64,000 nucleotides of DNA from the human T2T-CHM13v2.0 reference genome, Homo sapiens. A program made the translations under genes and the position numbers. Each line of letters begins with the position of its first letter. The first letter of the stretch is position 1. The stretch lies in the NCBI RefSeq assembly GCF_009914755.1, contig NC_060933.1; one strand, written 5' to 3'. The notes beneath the pieces are model-generated. The model did no database searches, was not told the DNA's origin, and was given only the letters and a program-made list of their open reading frames with translations. Below are positions 17,848 through 32,190 of this stretch, piece by piece.

Positions 17848-18993
17848 TCATACCCAGTTGAGATCCATCTGAGGCAGAAGTGGCCTTGTATTTGTGAGCT
17901 TCTCTCCTCCTCCCTCCCACCAATTCCTCTGCAATCCCTGGGCCTATCCTAGTGCCATTGTGAAGGAACGTCATTCTTTATTCATGCCCTGCTGCTGAAA
18001 GATGTATAAAGGCTTCGACTGAACAATCAAATATCAAAAAAACAACATTTAGGACATACCACCCAGACCACTAAGCATGTAATAAATGCCTGCAATTAGT
18101 CACACATGCCTCGAGGAGTAAACATGGGCTGGAATGAAGGATGGCTTTTTTATTATGCCAACAGATGAAGTCTTCATACTATGTACAGAAGCATTCAGGC
18201 CAAATTCTGGGGTAAGTTCAGAAATTTAACCCTCTAAAAGTGGCTGGTCATAATTGATTCAGAACTGGATAAGAATATGAGTTGAACCATTTTTAGCAAT
18301 GACTCACTCTCACATTTAAGGGTAAACATGTACTGAAAGAAACTTGTTAATCTGTGAAGGTCAACCAAGATGATCTTGATATGTCCTCAAGGAAACACAA
18401 CACGATATATGTAAGGTTGCATAGAAACAAATATGATAAGCCTATCTAAGGACAACATTCTGTTTTGAAAATGAAGGTAAGTCGTGCATGCAGAGTATTG
18501 GAAAAGGGCTCCAAAGTGAGAATGTGTGGTGTTCTGCAATGCTCCAATTCCACACTCACCAAGCACCATTCTCTTATACATTTGCTCTGCTTGTTGGCTT
18601 TGCTGCAGATGGAAGAAGGCATTAACAGGCTGGTACAAGGATTCTGAATTGCCTAATCAAAATATTCCTGACTATAAATTGCTACATTGTAATTTAGATT
18701 TATACAAACCCCTTAGGTTAGTGCTGGTCAGGTAGGTATTCTCCAAACTGCTTGGATCTTTCCCATGAGCCCACAGCCTATGGGGTGGCAGGAAGCGTCA
18801 CACTTGCCAATTAACAGCATTTTACTTTAAATAGAACATTCTGAATTTGAGCATTTGTTCTATTTAGAGCTCCGTTTCGTATCAGGGCTGGCTTAAATAC
18901 TCTCTTACATATGGCTCTTAGACGAAAGCTGTCTTTGGGATGGCAGGATCCTATTTTTCTCTTTCTGGACATGGTGTCCCAGAGTATAAGGCT

Positions 18994-19607
18994 TGTTGGA
19001 TCATAAAGAATCTGACTAGCCATTGTCCTTATTTCCTGGGAGGCAGACTTTAAATCCCTGGAATTTCCTGAGTCATTTGACTGTCTTAGTTTACCTAACA
19101 AGATGACTCAGAATGCGGCTGGTCATCATAAAGACCAGACATGTGATTACAGGGTTGGGGCTTTAAGCCAGCCTGGCCCCCAAGGAGGGGAGGAGAGCTG
19201 AAGGCTGAGGTCACACACATGGCCAATGTTTCAATGATACCTTCACAGAGAAACTCCGATAAAACCTGGACATTGAAGCTCAGTGGCACTTTGTGGTTTG
19301 TGAACACATTGATGTATTGGAGGGTGATGCGCCTCCAATATAATAAACCTCCTGCACCTTCCTTTATAATAAAACTGCTATTCCTAAGCATAGTGCTTTC
19401 CTGAATTCTGTCAGTCATTCCAGTAAATTACTAAAACTGAGGGGAGTTATGGGAACCTCCTGATCTTACAACATTTGGTCGGAAGTGTGGGTGGCATGGG
19501 GATCCCAAAACTTGTGGCTGGCATCTGAAATAAGAGCAATCTTGTTGGGTATCCTGCCCTTTAATCTGTGGAGTCTGCTGCTAACTCTGGGTGATTAAAA
19601 TCAAAAT
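18994..19607 (+). mobile_element. LTR relic (MER21 family)
   Basis: ccctggaatttcctgagt...gtgattacagggttgggg...tttataataaaactg...ctgtggagtctgctgctaactctggg match recalled MER21 motifs. Confidence 0.7.
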
Positions 19608-20694
19608 TGCAGGTGATAGCAGTCCAGAAAGGTTACACTCCCGGCAGGGGAAGAGGCATCAGTGGCCTGCTCAGAGGTCCTGTGGTCTTGGACGTGTGTG
19701 CCGTATTTCACAATAAACGGATGAGAGGGGAATGTGTGACACACATCCCTCACGTGAGATTTGTCTCGCTTAACTTCATTTCATACCATGTCTTTTGTCT
19801 CTAGAGGCGTGTTTTGAGAAAGACTCATAAATGTATACACCAGAATTTTCATTTATTGTTCTATCATTGAAACGCCTTGTAACTTTTCTAAATAGTTAAA
19901 AAGTCAGAATTTCTCAGGTCTGAAAATCCTATTTGCAACCATTGGTTCCTGTGCATCCAGTATGTGGCCTGCTATCCAGGATGATGCTGAGCCAAGTGAT
20001 GCCAGTGCCCTTCTTTGAAAAATTAATCCCAGGATCAATCCTTAAAAGGGACAAGGGACAGATTCATGAACACAGAAGTGCTGCTGTCTCAAGAAACCAA
20101 TTTCTCTCAACTTTTCATTCAGAGGAGGCAGAGTTGGGGATCAGCCGTCCCCATTTCTACTCCTCTCAGCCTGCTCCACAAAACTGTCAGCTCAGGCTCT
20201 GCTAAAGGCCCTTCTGCTCCACCCCTGGGATAGCTGTTCTCCTTGGGGGCCTCTGACAGCAGCTTTCACCTCCCACCTCAGCACCAGTGCAGGTTCCACA
20301 ACCCTGGCTGCAGGTTAGAATCATCAGGGAGGTTAAATAAAATGCCCATGCTGTCTCCACCGTCAGAAATTCTTGCCTCTCAGGCTAGGTGATTCTCCTG
20401 GGCTCTGCTGGGTGTGGACTTGCAGAGCACAGTGTCTTGCATTTGCCTGCAACCTGCTAGTTTGATTAACATCTCCAGGAAAGGTGGCTCCATGGCTGTG
20501 TCTCCAGATGCATTCTTGGGCCAGGCACCTTATGTCTCACTCTTTACTTTTACAACTAGAAGAAGAGTTGTCATTTTGAAACACTTCATTTAGTTTTGCA
20601 GTTCTAATTAAACGTCTCCAGGTTAGTATTCTTGAAGCAAATAAGTATCTCATTTAATGAGAACTTATACAGTGCTAAAGGTTTGACGTGCATT

Positions 20695-21700
20695 TTCTTT
20701 TTTTTAGTCTTTTTATTGTGAAATATGGCACACACATAACAGAAATAGTTTACAAAGCAAAAATATACAATTGAGTGAATTATCAAAAGCAAATATTGGT
20801 ATGCCATCACTTACATTAAAAAAGAAACACAATACGGCTAGCATCCCAGAAATCATGTCCATTCCCCTTCCTTGCCACTAGCCCCTCTTTCCTCATGAAA
20901 GGTAGGTAATCACTTCCCTGACATTTAAGGTAATCACTTCCCTGTTGCTTTGCATTGCCAATCACCAAATATGCATCTCCAAAGTTGAATTTTGTCTTGC
21001 ATTTTGTGAATTTCAAATATATGGGACGTATGTGTTGTGTTCAGCTTTTTCTGCTCAATATTTGGAATTCATCCATCTTGCTGCATAGAGCCGTGATCCA
21101 TTCATCTTCATTGCTATTTAACATTCCGCTGCATGACAAACGATCCACCTCTCCACTCTATTGCTGAATAACATCTGAGCCAGTTCCAGATTATGGTTAT
21201 TGTAACTCATGGTAACAGTGCTGCTCTGAACACTCTTGCACATGCCTCCTGATGCCCACAGGAACTGCTGGGCCATAGGCCATGTGCAGCATCCTCCACT
21301 CCAGTAGACAAAGCTGAGCCATTTTCCAAAGTGGCTGCGCCAGTTCACAGTCCCATGCTTCATACTCTCTCCAACATGGGATGTTGCCAGTTGTCCTCAC
21401 ATTAGCTGTCCTGTGGGTGTATATGGCAGCTCTCTGTGTCTTGCCTGGCATTTTCCATTGTCAATGAGGTTGAACACTCCTGTGTTCCATGGCCACCTGA
21501 GTATGCTCCTCTGAAAAGTGTGCATTTGGTTCCTTTGTTCATTCTTCCACTGGGTTATCTGCTCCTGCTTTATGACCCTCAGGACATTCTGGATGCCAGC
21601 CTTCTCTGATATATAAAACATCCCCGTCACTGTGAGGCCTGACTCCTCATTCTCCCAATGACATCTCCGCATGAACCAAGGCTCTGATTTTACAGTAGAT
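20695..21700 (-). mobile_element. Old L1 (L1ME-like) 3' region
   Basis: ttttattgtgaaatat...ttcatccatcttgctgcat...gccattttccaaagtggctg are antisense L1M 3' motifs. Confidence 0.75.
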
Positions 21701-22888
21701 CAGGTAGATCTTCTTATGCCATCCTCCCCAAATGCCTGTGAAGTAGAATTATTGCCCCATCCTGAAGGTGTGGAAACTGATGTTTAACGCTTACAGAAGT
21801 TAGATAATGTGCTAATAAGTGGCAGCCCTGAGATTAGCTCCCAGATCTGCCTGACGCCAAAGCCCAAGCACTGAATTCCCAGGCTCTATGAATAACAATT
21901 GACTATTTGTATTTGAGTCTTGGTCACAGTCCCAGCAAGCAACCAGTGAAAGCCAGATTTGTAGATTTCTGTTTCTTTCTTAGCCACTCTCCCACCCACT
22001 GCTCCACAATGGATAGATGCACATAAACTGTTGACTGCTAATTACTACATATTTGCTTAAAAATTGGAACTCAGTCCTGGGAAAAGTCTTGGAAGAGAAA
22101 TGTTATCAGGCCATACTTGGTAAAAAGTTAGCTCTTTAATCTCTTTTATTTATTTTAGCACCCAAACTCAATCTCTTGGCCTGGTTCTCCCATGCATGAT
22201 TTGACAGGGGAAAGAAGAAACATGGGAATTAAAGTGACCTCTCTGGGTCCCCAGATACCCACTCAGCATCACAGGTAGAGGCGCACAAGGAACCTGGCAG
22301 GAACCCTGTCCTGCGCTGCACTTGGAAGCATTTTGCTGTCCCGCACATGGCTGAGTAGGCAGTAGAAGCAAAGAGTGATGTTCACCAATAGTGTGTCATC
22401 CTTGTGTACAATGCGGGACAGTGGAAAATAGAGAGATGGAAAAAGAATCCAGGCAAATGCCAAACAGAGGAAAGCCACAGTAGAAATATTAATATCAGAA
22501 TAACAAGAAACATTCCCCAGCCTGCCTGCCAGCCACATTGCTCAGTCTTTGGTGCTCACCCAGTGGGAGAGTTCTTGCATTCTAATATATTGTCCAATGG
22601 TCTTTCAAGAAAGGGCTTAAGGATAAAGGAGGGCAACGTGCCCTCCTGACTTGGCCACTTTTCTAGTGCTAGGCCATGAGAAGGTTCAGTTTTGATTTGA
22701 CCTTGAGGCATCACTATGGGCTCAAGTACAAGGAGGCCTCCCTGGACACCTGTGCCTGGAAATGGACGTGACTCTTAAGGAGACAGTTCCATATTTAGTG
22801 CACAGGGGGCGATGCTCTGGGGCATCAAGTAGGTGTCTGAAGAGGTAAGAATTTTCTCCCTGGGAAGAACCGTTCCATATTTTGGTAT

Positions 22889-22919
22889 GGGGGTGGGGGT
22901 GGGGGTGGGGGTGGGGGGG
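22889..22919 (+). repeat. (GGGGGT)n G-tract repeat with G-quadruplex potential
   Basis: Five runs of at least 5 G separated by single T. Confidence 0.9.
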
Positions 22920-23799
22920 ATGCAGCCCAGCCAAAACCAAACAAACGCTGTTTAAAATAAGGATCCCTTGCCAGAAGTTCACAGGCAGGGTGTCTTGTGT
23001 TTAAGACCACCGCCACGGAGGGGTCCTTCTGAACTGCAATTCGAGTGCCAACGGCCCCCTCTCTTGCCCACTTGCCTCTTCCTCCCCCAGGAGGAAGGGC
23101 GTGTGGGGTCGGGGATGCCAAACACCTCTATTTACTCTTGTTACTCCAGGGCGCACCATTCCAATAAAAAACAACATTCTGAGGCTGAAAAAACAAAAGT
23201 GCCCTGAACGCCAGCCCTAAGTAAACCTCAGGGGAGAAGAGCAGCTCCGCAGGAAGGCCCCATCCCGGCACTGGGACTGCAGCCCATCCACGAAGAACTC
23301 CAGCAGGGCTAAGAGGACAGTGTGGAGGCCAGACACACCCGAGTGCAAACAGAATGCAGAAGAGCTTGCATTCCAGTCAGGAAGACAACAGTCCTCAGAC
23401 GGGGCAAGGATGGAAAGAGGACACTCTAGACGTTAATGCTAAAATGTTAATAGCTAACATTTATTGCAGACTGTTTGTTTCCGGTGCTCTTCAAGCACTT
23501 TGCATTCGTAATGTTCACAACAGCTCTATGAGGTAGGTGCTTTAGGAAGGAGGGAATGGAGGCTCCGAGAGGTTAAGCTACTTGTCTGAGGTCTCCAGCT
23601 CGAGGCACTGCCTGGCACTCTCACCCGGAAGCCTGCGGGCTGGCCGGCCCCAGAGCCCGCCTCCTGCTCTGCACACTGACCACACTGGGCCTTTGGAGAG
23701 TCCTGATGCAGATTAGCATGCTAGTGACTCTGAGAAGTCCAGCAGAAAATATTTAAAAATGAAGTTGTTTCTATTCTGTACTCCAGAGTTCGTCCATTT

Positions 23800-24030
23800 A
23801 GTTGATGAGTCATGCTTTCTTTTAAGTGGGGTGATCAGACTTCAGGACACAGAAGCAGGTGAGCCCGGGCCGCCGCAGGCTCTCTGCGCAGGCGCCTGGG
23901 AGAAGCGTCTCTTCCTGGCTCGGGGCGGGGTGTCTCTCTGCGCCCGGCTCCGCTCAAGTGTCCCGACTGGGATCAGTCGCTAAGGCCGATGGCAGGGCAG
24001 GAAAGATCACTAGATGCAGGCAGGGTCCGG
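23800..24030. promoter_or_regulatory. Small CpG-rich candidate promoter/enhancer
   Basis: High local CpG density, AP-1 TGAGTCA (23806-23812), NRF1-like TGCGCAGGCGC (23885-23895), GC box GGGGCGGGG (23922-23930). Confidence 0.55.
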
Positions 24031-24079
24031 GGGCAGAGGCCCCTGTACTGGGGCCAGTCTCAGTGAATGACTTTTCCCC

Positions 24080-24605
24080 CGGTATCCAGGAGTTTTAAAT
24101 TACAAGAGATAGACAACTACAATGATTTAAGAAAAGAAAATTAAAAGATTTAAGAGATAAAGTTGGCTCCAAATCGCTTGGGTCCAGGGACTAAAACTCT
24201 GTGTGTCTCTCTTTCATCTCTCTCTCTCTCCCTGAGCTTTGCCTTCCTGTGCTGGCTTCATTCCTGGGTAACACTCTCCCGGGGTGACTGGCAGCAGCTC
24301 CAGGCTCCATCATCTTTACTGCCGACCCAGCAATCTCCTTTCCTGTAGCTCCAGCCCAAGCCTGGGCCCTGGCTCTTCCTGGACTCAATTGGGTCAAGGG
24401 ACCATCCCTGAGCCAATCGCTGGCACTGGGAGGCTGTGGCATTTCAATTGGCCAGGCTTGTATCAAGCACCTAGGGGTGGAGTTGCCCTGTCCTCACCGC
24501 AGGGAAGGTGAGTTGAGATGGGTGTCGTCCTCTTCTCTAACCGTTACAGTCTGTTGTAAGGGAAAGGGCGGACTAGACACTGGTCAGGCACAACCTACAG
24601 TGTCC
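24080..24605 (-). mobile_element. Old MaLR LTR (MLT1J/K-like)
   Basis: gctggcttcatt...catccctgagccaatc...attggccaggct motifs of antisense old MLT1. Confidence 0.55.
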
Positions 24606-24760
24606 ACAGTGAGGGGACAGGGAGAGGTGGTTGTGTGCTAGGAGCTGTCCATTCTGTGGCTCGCCTTCCGACACAGCAGTTCTACTTTTAGACTTTATCC
24701 AAAACAGACAATTGGATAAGCATGTGTGTATGTATACACACACTGAAAAACCAGAAAGTT

Positions 24761-25042
24761 GGCCGGGCGCGATGGCTCACGCCTGTAATCCCAGCACCTT
24801 GGGAGACCGAGGCGGGCGGAGCAGGAGGTCAGGAGATGCAGACCATCCCGGCTAACACAGTGAAACCGTCTCTACTAAAAATACGAAAAATTAGCCGGGC
24901 GCCTGTAGTCCCAGCTACTCGGGAGGCTGAGGCAGGAGAATGGCGTGAACCCGGAGGCGGAGCTTGCAGTGAGGCGAGATCGCTCCACTACACTCCAGCC
25001 TGGGCGACAGAGCGACACTCCGTATCAAAAAGAAAAAAAAAA
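24761..25042 (+). mobile_element. AluY-type SINE, CpG-rich, 12-bp right-arm deletion, no evident TSD
   Basis: ttagccgggcgcctgtagtccc shows loss of gtggtggcgggc between short direct repeats. Confidence 0.93.
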
Positions 25043-25195
25043 GACATATTCTAACAGGGCACACACAACCTTTCTATGTTATCATGTCTGCAATAACATT
25101 TTCAAGGAATTCTTTGTAAATTCTAGTAAAGTAGAATATGCTTAAGTTTTGTTAAACTCTGAAATTTTATTAAAGTTTTATTAAAAACGAATTAA

Positions 25196-25780
<585 letters not shown>

Positions 25781-27175
25781 CAATTTGTTTATTATTTTCA
25801 AAGAAAACTCATTATTTTCTAAGCTAATGGGAGAGTCTCAGTGTGAGAGAATCCTATCTTCTTCCCTTAGAATCTGCATGTTTTCAAGGAAAATGTTACA
25901 ATTGCCCTGGAGCTCCTTCCCCTGCTGTTGCTGCTGCTGCCGCTATTGTTGTGATCCTCCTGGGAAGCCTGGCTTTGTGCCTTGTTTGCACTTTAGCACT
26001 GCTTCAGTTCTCATGGAGTCTGGGGGAGGTGGCTTAGTGTTGCAAATAATCCTCTGATTTGCCAAACTGTCTTTGGGTGCTGCCCATCTCGTCCGCATGC
26101 CTAGGACAGTAAATCTTTTCTAACCAGTATCTCTCTCCCTTTCCCTCTCCCTCACCCCATCTGTAACGTCTCCCATAGCAAAGCCTCCAAGTGCCATTGT
26201 GTCTCCTGGGCTGGGCAAGCGCATTTCATCTCCTCTGCACCAAAAACAGCCTGAGGACTTGTGAACTGGTCTGGAAGTCGAGAGCTCTTTTTTGATTTCA
26301 TCATTAAATTGCTTTGCAAAAAGGGACACTTTCTGGTTTAATTTCTTCTGTCACTAATACTGAATCATGTGTAGCTGTCCAAAAGAAAAAAGGATCTGTT
26401 GTTGCTATTCCTTGTCAAACATAAAGTTATGGTTTAAATTCAGTGAAGTTTTTTGAGCAGCTGAGGTCACCTCTTAGTTGGTAGAATAATTTTGCCATTT
26501 TTCAACCTGTGTTTCACACAAGGTTATTAAAGGAAAAGTGCTAACAACTTTGAAATGAGAAGCTGGAAGTTTAAACGTGTTTGTCTTGAGTCATAGCATA
26601 AGGCACAATTGCAATGCTTTGCTCTCTGTGTCTTATCACTTAGACCACATTCTTATTTTTGTACTTCCACTCACCTTGACCAGAGTAGAGGATCACATAA
26701 AGGGTATATTTTCCAAATAAAGCTGTTTGGATCATCATAGTTTTAACAAAGACAATCCCTAACATCTGTAGAGTGCATTCTCCACACTGCTGCCAGGGTT
26801 GTTTGACTAAGTCCCTAAGACAAGTTCTTAGCACGTTACTTGGTTGCTTTAAAAACCTTTGATGAGCCTCCATTGCCTACGTGATAAAGTCCAAACTCCT
26901 TAGCTCAGCATTCAAGGGCCTTCCCCATTTAACCCCAACCTTGCCTCCCTCCACCCCCTACAGGGACAGCACAGAGGCCACTTCCTGGCTTTACACAGCT
27001 GGTTCTTGTGTCCGGGATGTCCTTTGACTCTACCTCAAGGCTTGATCTCACCCTCTCTGGGAGACTTCCATGCTTCCCCCCAGAGAACCACTGTGCTCTT
27101 CTGAAAAACTTAACCAAGCAGACACAGTTTATATCATGTTGTCTTCTCCACTAGATTCTGCACCCTCTGGGGAAT

Positions 27176-27351
27176 CAGTTTCCAAGTCTGGCTAAGCATC
27201 TCGTCTCCTGGGCAGCGTGATAAAAATACCATCCCTGAGCCCCACACCAGATCAACAGAACTAGAACCTCTGGGGGCAGAGCCCAGGAATCTGTGAATTT
27301 AAAGCAGTTTTCCTGGTGATTCTGACTGGCAAGCAGGCCTTGTAACCACTG
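27176..27351. mobile_element. MER5A-like hAT-Charlie MITE
   Basis: gagcccaggaatctgtgaatttaaagcagttttcctggtgattctga...aaccactg. Confidence 0.7.
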
Positions 27352-28049
27352 CCCAGGATGAGCGTGCATTTTCCATGGGCCCAGCCAGGTGACAGCTAGG
27401 AGGGAGCAGAGAGAGAAGGAGGAGGCTGAGAGCTCAGGTGCACTGAGGGCCCGCCTTGTGCCAGGTTCTGCTCTGGGAGCTTTGATACCTGCTCATTCGA
27501 TTTCAACCACCTCCAGATGAGGAAACTCAAGCTCAGGGGGTTTGTCTGAGGTCCCCACTAGTACATAGTGGAAATGTTAACAAAACCGGCTCTGCTTATC
27601 TCTTTGGACTCACATTCTTCTTTCTTAGCCCATGTTAAATAAATGCTAGGTAAAATACATGAATATCTGTGTTTGTGGATGCACTGTGCCTCACTCCCCT
27701 GCATTCAGTCAACCTGCAAGATCTATCCATTCGGTTTGCTCACGTCCATTCTCTGTCATGGAGACCTGGGAAACAACCTCCTAATCCATCTCCCACCATC
27801 TCCTACCATCTCCCCTCAAATTCATTCTCTCAGCTGTGGTGGAGTGATCATTTAAACTTGCAAATCTGCCAAAGCTACTCTGCTTATGGTACATTTTACT
27901 ACATATAAGCTTTTCATTTTTATATAAATAAATATGTCTATTTCTGCCTTGATAGCTTTAAGCTTTTCAAACTTAATAATGAGTATTTAAGCAGGCCTTC
28001 CCAGCCCTCTAGATTTCTAATGTAAATGACAAGCCAGGGGTTACATTTT

Positions 28050-28680
28050 ATAATATATTAAGAGTTTGTACACATTGACATGAAAGACACATCTTAGAAA
28101 AATGGGCAATAAAGTAGGCATAAGCGATTCACAGATGAGAAGATTCACCTAATCCACAACCAAATGAAGGGACTCCAATTACTGATGTCACTCAACACCC
28201 CTCAGACTCCAGAAAATTTAAGCTAGCTATGACACTTAATGCTCTCAGCAACGTGGGGAGAGCATACTCTCGTAAACTGTCTGTTCAAATGGGAATTTCT
28301 CCAGCCTTTCTGGAAAGCCCATGTTAAAAGTAAAAATCGCAAATACCATCTTCTAATTTTCCATTCCCGGGAATATATTTTCTAGTATGAAACCCCTGGG
28401 ATAAAGGACCTCCAGACAAGAGTATTTACTGCTGCATTGTTCAAATGCAAAACCTGGAAATTATGTGACTGTCTATGTCTAAAAGAATTGTTAACTTTAT
28501 TACGGAACATCCACATCATGGGATAATATGGCCCCATTAAAAATGTGAATTGGAATTAAATTGACCTGGGAGCATTTGTATGAGGTATGGTTGAGTGAGG
28601 AACACAATATACACAGAAGAATATGATCCTTTGTAAGATTTTACCCCATGAACACATCCACACAAAGCCTTTTAGATATA
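28050..28680 (+). mobile_element. L1ME-like fragment
   Basis: agaaaaatgggcaa...attcacagatgaga...cagcctttctggaaag...tttactgctgcattgtt. Confidence 0.6.
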
Positions 28681-29433
28681 CAGTGGGTGTGAGTGTGTGT
28701 GTGTATGTGTGTGTTTGTACATGTAGAAAACTAGGTGAGGTTGTTACTGAGACATGAGAGTCACTGACAGTTGAGAGTAGAGGAAAAAGGGAGGGAGTAA
28801 GTACCAACCACAGACACGAAGGAGAAAAGGTTAGCAAAAAATTGTAATGAACCCTATCGGCGTGCATGATACGATCATATTTGTGCACCTACACGAAGTT
28901 ACATGCACACGTATATGTGTGTTTGAAAAAATTAACAATGCACATCTAATCAGCTCATTCCTCCACCTGAAACCTGTCAATGGCCTGCTGTTACCCTGTG
29001 GTTAGATCCAGAGTTTCTTGTCTGGCTGCGGAGGCCCCTGCACCCCTCCCCCTCCTATGGAGTAGTCCCCTCCCCAGTCTCTGGGCTACAGACACATCTC
29101 CCCAGGGACCTCGGGTCCCCACCCCCTGACTATCTCCTGCTCCTCTTTGGTTCTTCACACTTGCTTTTGTCCTCTGCCCAAGACATCCTCCCTGATGCAT
29201 TTTCCTGGATGATTCTTACTTGTTTGTATTCCTTTCTTTATTCTATATATGTAGGGTGTACACCATGGTGTTCTGATGTACACATGCATAATGAAATGAT
29301 TAATACCACCTAGACCTCAGCTTAAGCATCCATTTCTCAGGGAGCTTTCCCTTTTCCTTGACCCCCAGATGTGGTTAGCCTTCCTGATGTTCATTCCCAT
29401 GGCCCTCTGCCCTTGCCAAAGTTCTATTTCTTT

Positions 29434-29731
29434 TTTTTTTTTTTTTCAGATGGAGTCCCGCTCTGTCGCCCAAGCTGGAGTGCAGTGGCATGTTCTTGGC
29501 TCACTGCAAGCTCCGCCTCCCGGGTTTACTTACGCTATTCTCCTGCCTCAGCCTTCCGAGTAGCTGGGACTACAGGCACCCGCCACGACGCCTGGCTAAT
29601 TTTTTGTATTTTTAGTAGACACAGGGTTTCACCGTGTTAGCCAGGATGGTCTGGATCTCCTGACCTCCTGATCTGCCAGCCTCGGCCTCCCAAAATGCTG
29701 GGATTACAGGCATGAGCCACCGCGCCCTGCC
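29434..29731 (-). mobile_element. AluY-type SINE
   Basis: TSD agttctatttcttt / aggtctatttcttt. Confidence 0.94.
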
Positions 29732-30465
29732 AGGTCTATTTCTTTATTAGTCTCCACCGTTTCTGAACTTTGTGCAGATTTTCCCAGCTGTAGTTTGCGG
29801 CTAATTTGTTGCATCTGAATTGAGTAAGAGCCCATGGCAGGGACCAGTAGGGCACCCTGGATCTCATCACGGTGGGCAGGGTAGAACACTTCTCCAACCC
29901 TTCTTGCCACCCGTGGCTCTGTCAGCTGAAATGAGGTCGTTTATTTCCTGTGGGAGCAGAAGGAAGCAGTTATGCCAGCGCATCTCAACTGCGAGGGCTG
30001 GGAACCTGTCCAGCACCGTTTCAAACTATGCCCCCACTGCACCCTCTGTGTCTCTCTGGCCGTCTGTGCTTCTTGGCCCCCCAGAGCTCCCCGTTTACAT
30101 CCCTCTGCTGTAGCCTTGCAGGGAGGAACCCGGGCAGTGGAAGCCCCATCATTACTGCCCCCATAGAAGGCCACCTGCCCTGTGATCGTGTTTGGGGCCT
30201 GAGAGGAGGCTAACGTGAGGGTGACTTAAAATTCCAGAACGTGTCTGGACACCTGCTGCGCCACCAGAGAACTAACTCAACAAGTGTGAAGGGCGTCCAC
30301 ATGGGGGACTTGACGTTGAGGGCGCGGCAACCAAGTTTATCCGCATGCTCTCATTGCAGTTTTCTAATTAAACCCGTTTATGAAGAAAAAGCAACACATT
30401 TACAGGAAGAAATAAATTGAGTTCCTTTTCAAGCCATATTGTTAAATTCTTTTTATAATAATAGC

Positions 30466-30471
30466 TTTATT
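30466..30471 (-). terminator. FAM240B: Distal poly(A) signal AATAAA for FAM240B
   Basis: tttatt on + is AATAAA on -, ~490 nt after the stop. A U/GU-rich tract (tttatttcttcctgtaaatgtgttgcttttt on -) lies further downstream. Confidence 0.6.
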
Positions 30472-30714
30472 TCTGCAAGCAGTTACATTTCTGTGTTCAC
30501 AAAAAGCGGGGAAAGAAGGACAAGATTTTATGACTCTTTTTCCAGGACACCTGGCAAAGCCAAATTTTCATCAAGGTCATTGCCCTCGGTAAGCTTAGAG
30601 AAAACACTTCAAATGTCTCAAGACTTGAAACATTTCAAAATGACAAGGAAATGTGGAAATATACTAGGCTACATGGGTCTGTGAGACCTGGAGAGTGCTA
30701 ATTCCAAGAGCTCT

Positions 30715-30720
30715 TTTATT
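30715..30720 (-). terminator. FAM240B: Proximal candidate poly(A) signal AATAAA for FAM240B
   Basis: tttatt on + is AATAAA on -, ~240 nt after the TGA. Confidence 0.45.
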
Positions 30721-30956
30721 AAATAGCCCAAGCGTCCTATCCCACTTGCGGTCATCCTGTCCTCTGTGCGGAGGGGATTGAGCAGGATAATAACTCCCAT
30801 TAGCACTGGGGGAGGTTTCACATGTAAATCCCCTAGCAAATGGAAGCACAAATAGAGAGCGTCCTGTTTAGTAAATCAGCACAACTTGAGTGTTAGTTTT
30901 TTTCCCCTAGAAAAGTGGTCGCTTGCTATCTTTGAAGTCGGTGAGGCAGGCAGAGC

Positions 30957-31076
<120 letters not shown>

Positions 31077-31157
31077 TCAGTGCATTTGTCTCCAGCTGTG
31101 CTGGTCGACTGAACCGTGGCTTTGTTTTTCTTCTCCAAGATATTTTTAAAAGAAACC

Positions 31158-31400
31158 CATTGTGTGTTCCCCTCCCTGTGTCCATGTGTTCTCATTGTTC
31201 AACTCCCACTTATGAGTGAGAACATGTGGTGTTTGGTTTTCTTTTCCTATGTTAAGGGGAGGGAGAGCATTAGGACAAATACCTAATGCATGCGGGGCTT
31301 AAAACCTAGATGACGGGTTGATAGGTGCAGCAAACCACCATGACACATGTATTCCTATACATTCTGCACATGTATCCTGGAACTTAAAGTAAAGTAATAA
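31158..31400 (+). mobile_element. Short primate L1PA 3' end with 5' inversion (twin priming)
   Basis: 31158-31254 is antisense L1PA 3'UTR (gttcaactcccacttatgagtgagaacatg). 31255-31400 is sense L1PA terminus (ggagagcattaggacaaatacctaatgcatgcggggcttaaaacctagatgacggg...aacttaaagtaaa). Flanked by aaaccca. Confidence 0.88.
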
Positions 31401-31417
31401 TTTTAAAAACCCAATGC

Positions 31418-32185
<768 letters not shown>

Positions 32186-32190
32186 GAATC

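Noticed and set aside
22722-23121. ORFs with PHPHPH or poly-proline runs
   Set aside because: Simply translations of the (GGGGGT)n repeat.
24490-24513. Apparent 5-nt microexon cag|GGAAG|gtgagt on +
   Set aside because: Inside an old MaLR LTR with a weak pyrimidine tract and no host transcript evident. Likely chance.
25920-25950. Short interrupted (CTG)n tract giving poly-Cys/poly-Ala ORFs
   Set aside because: Only a few interrupted units with no exon context.
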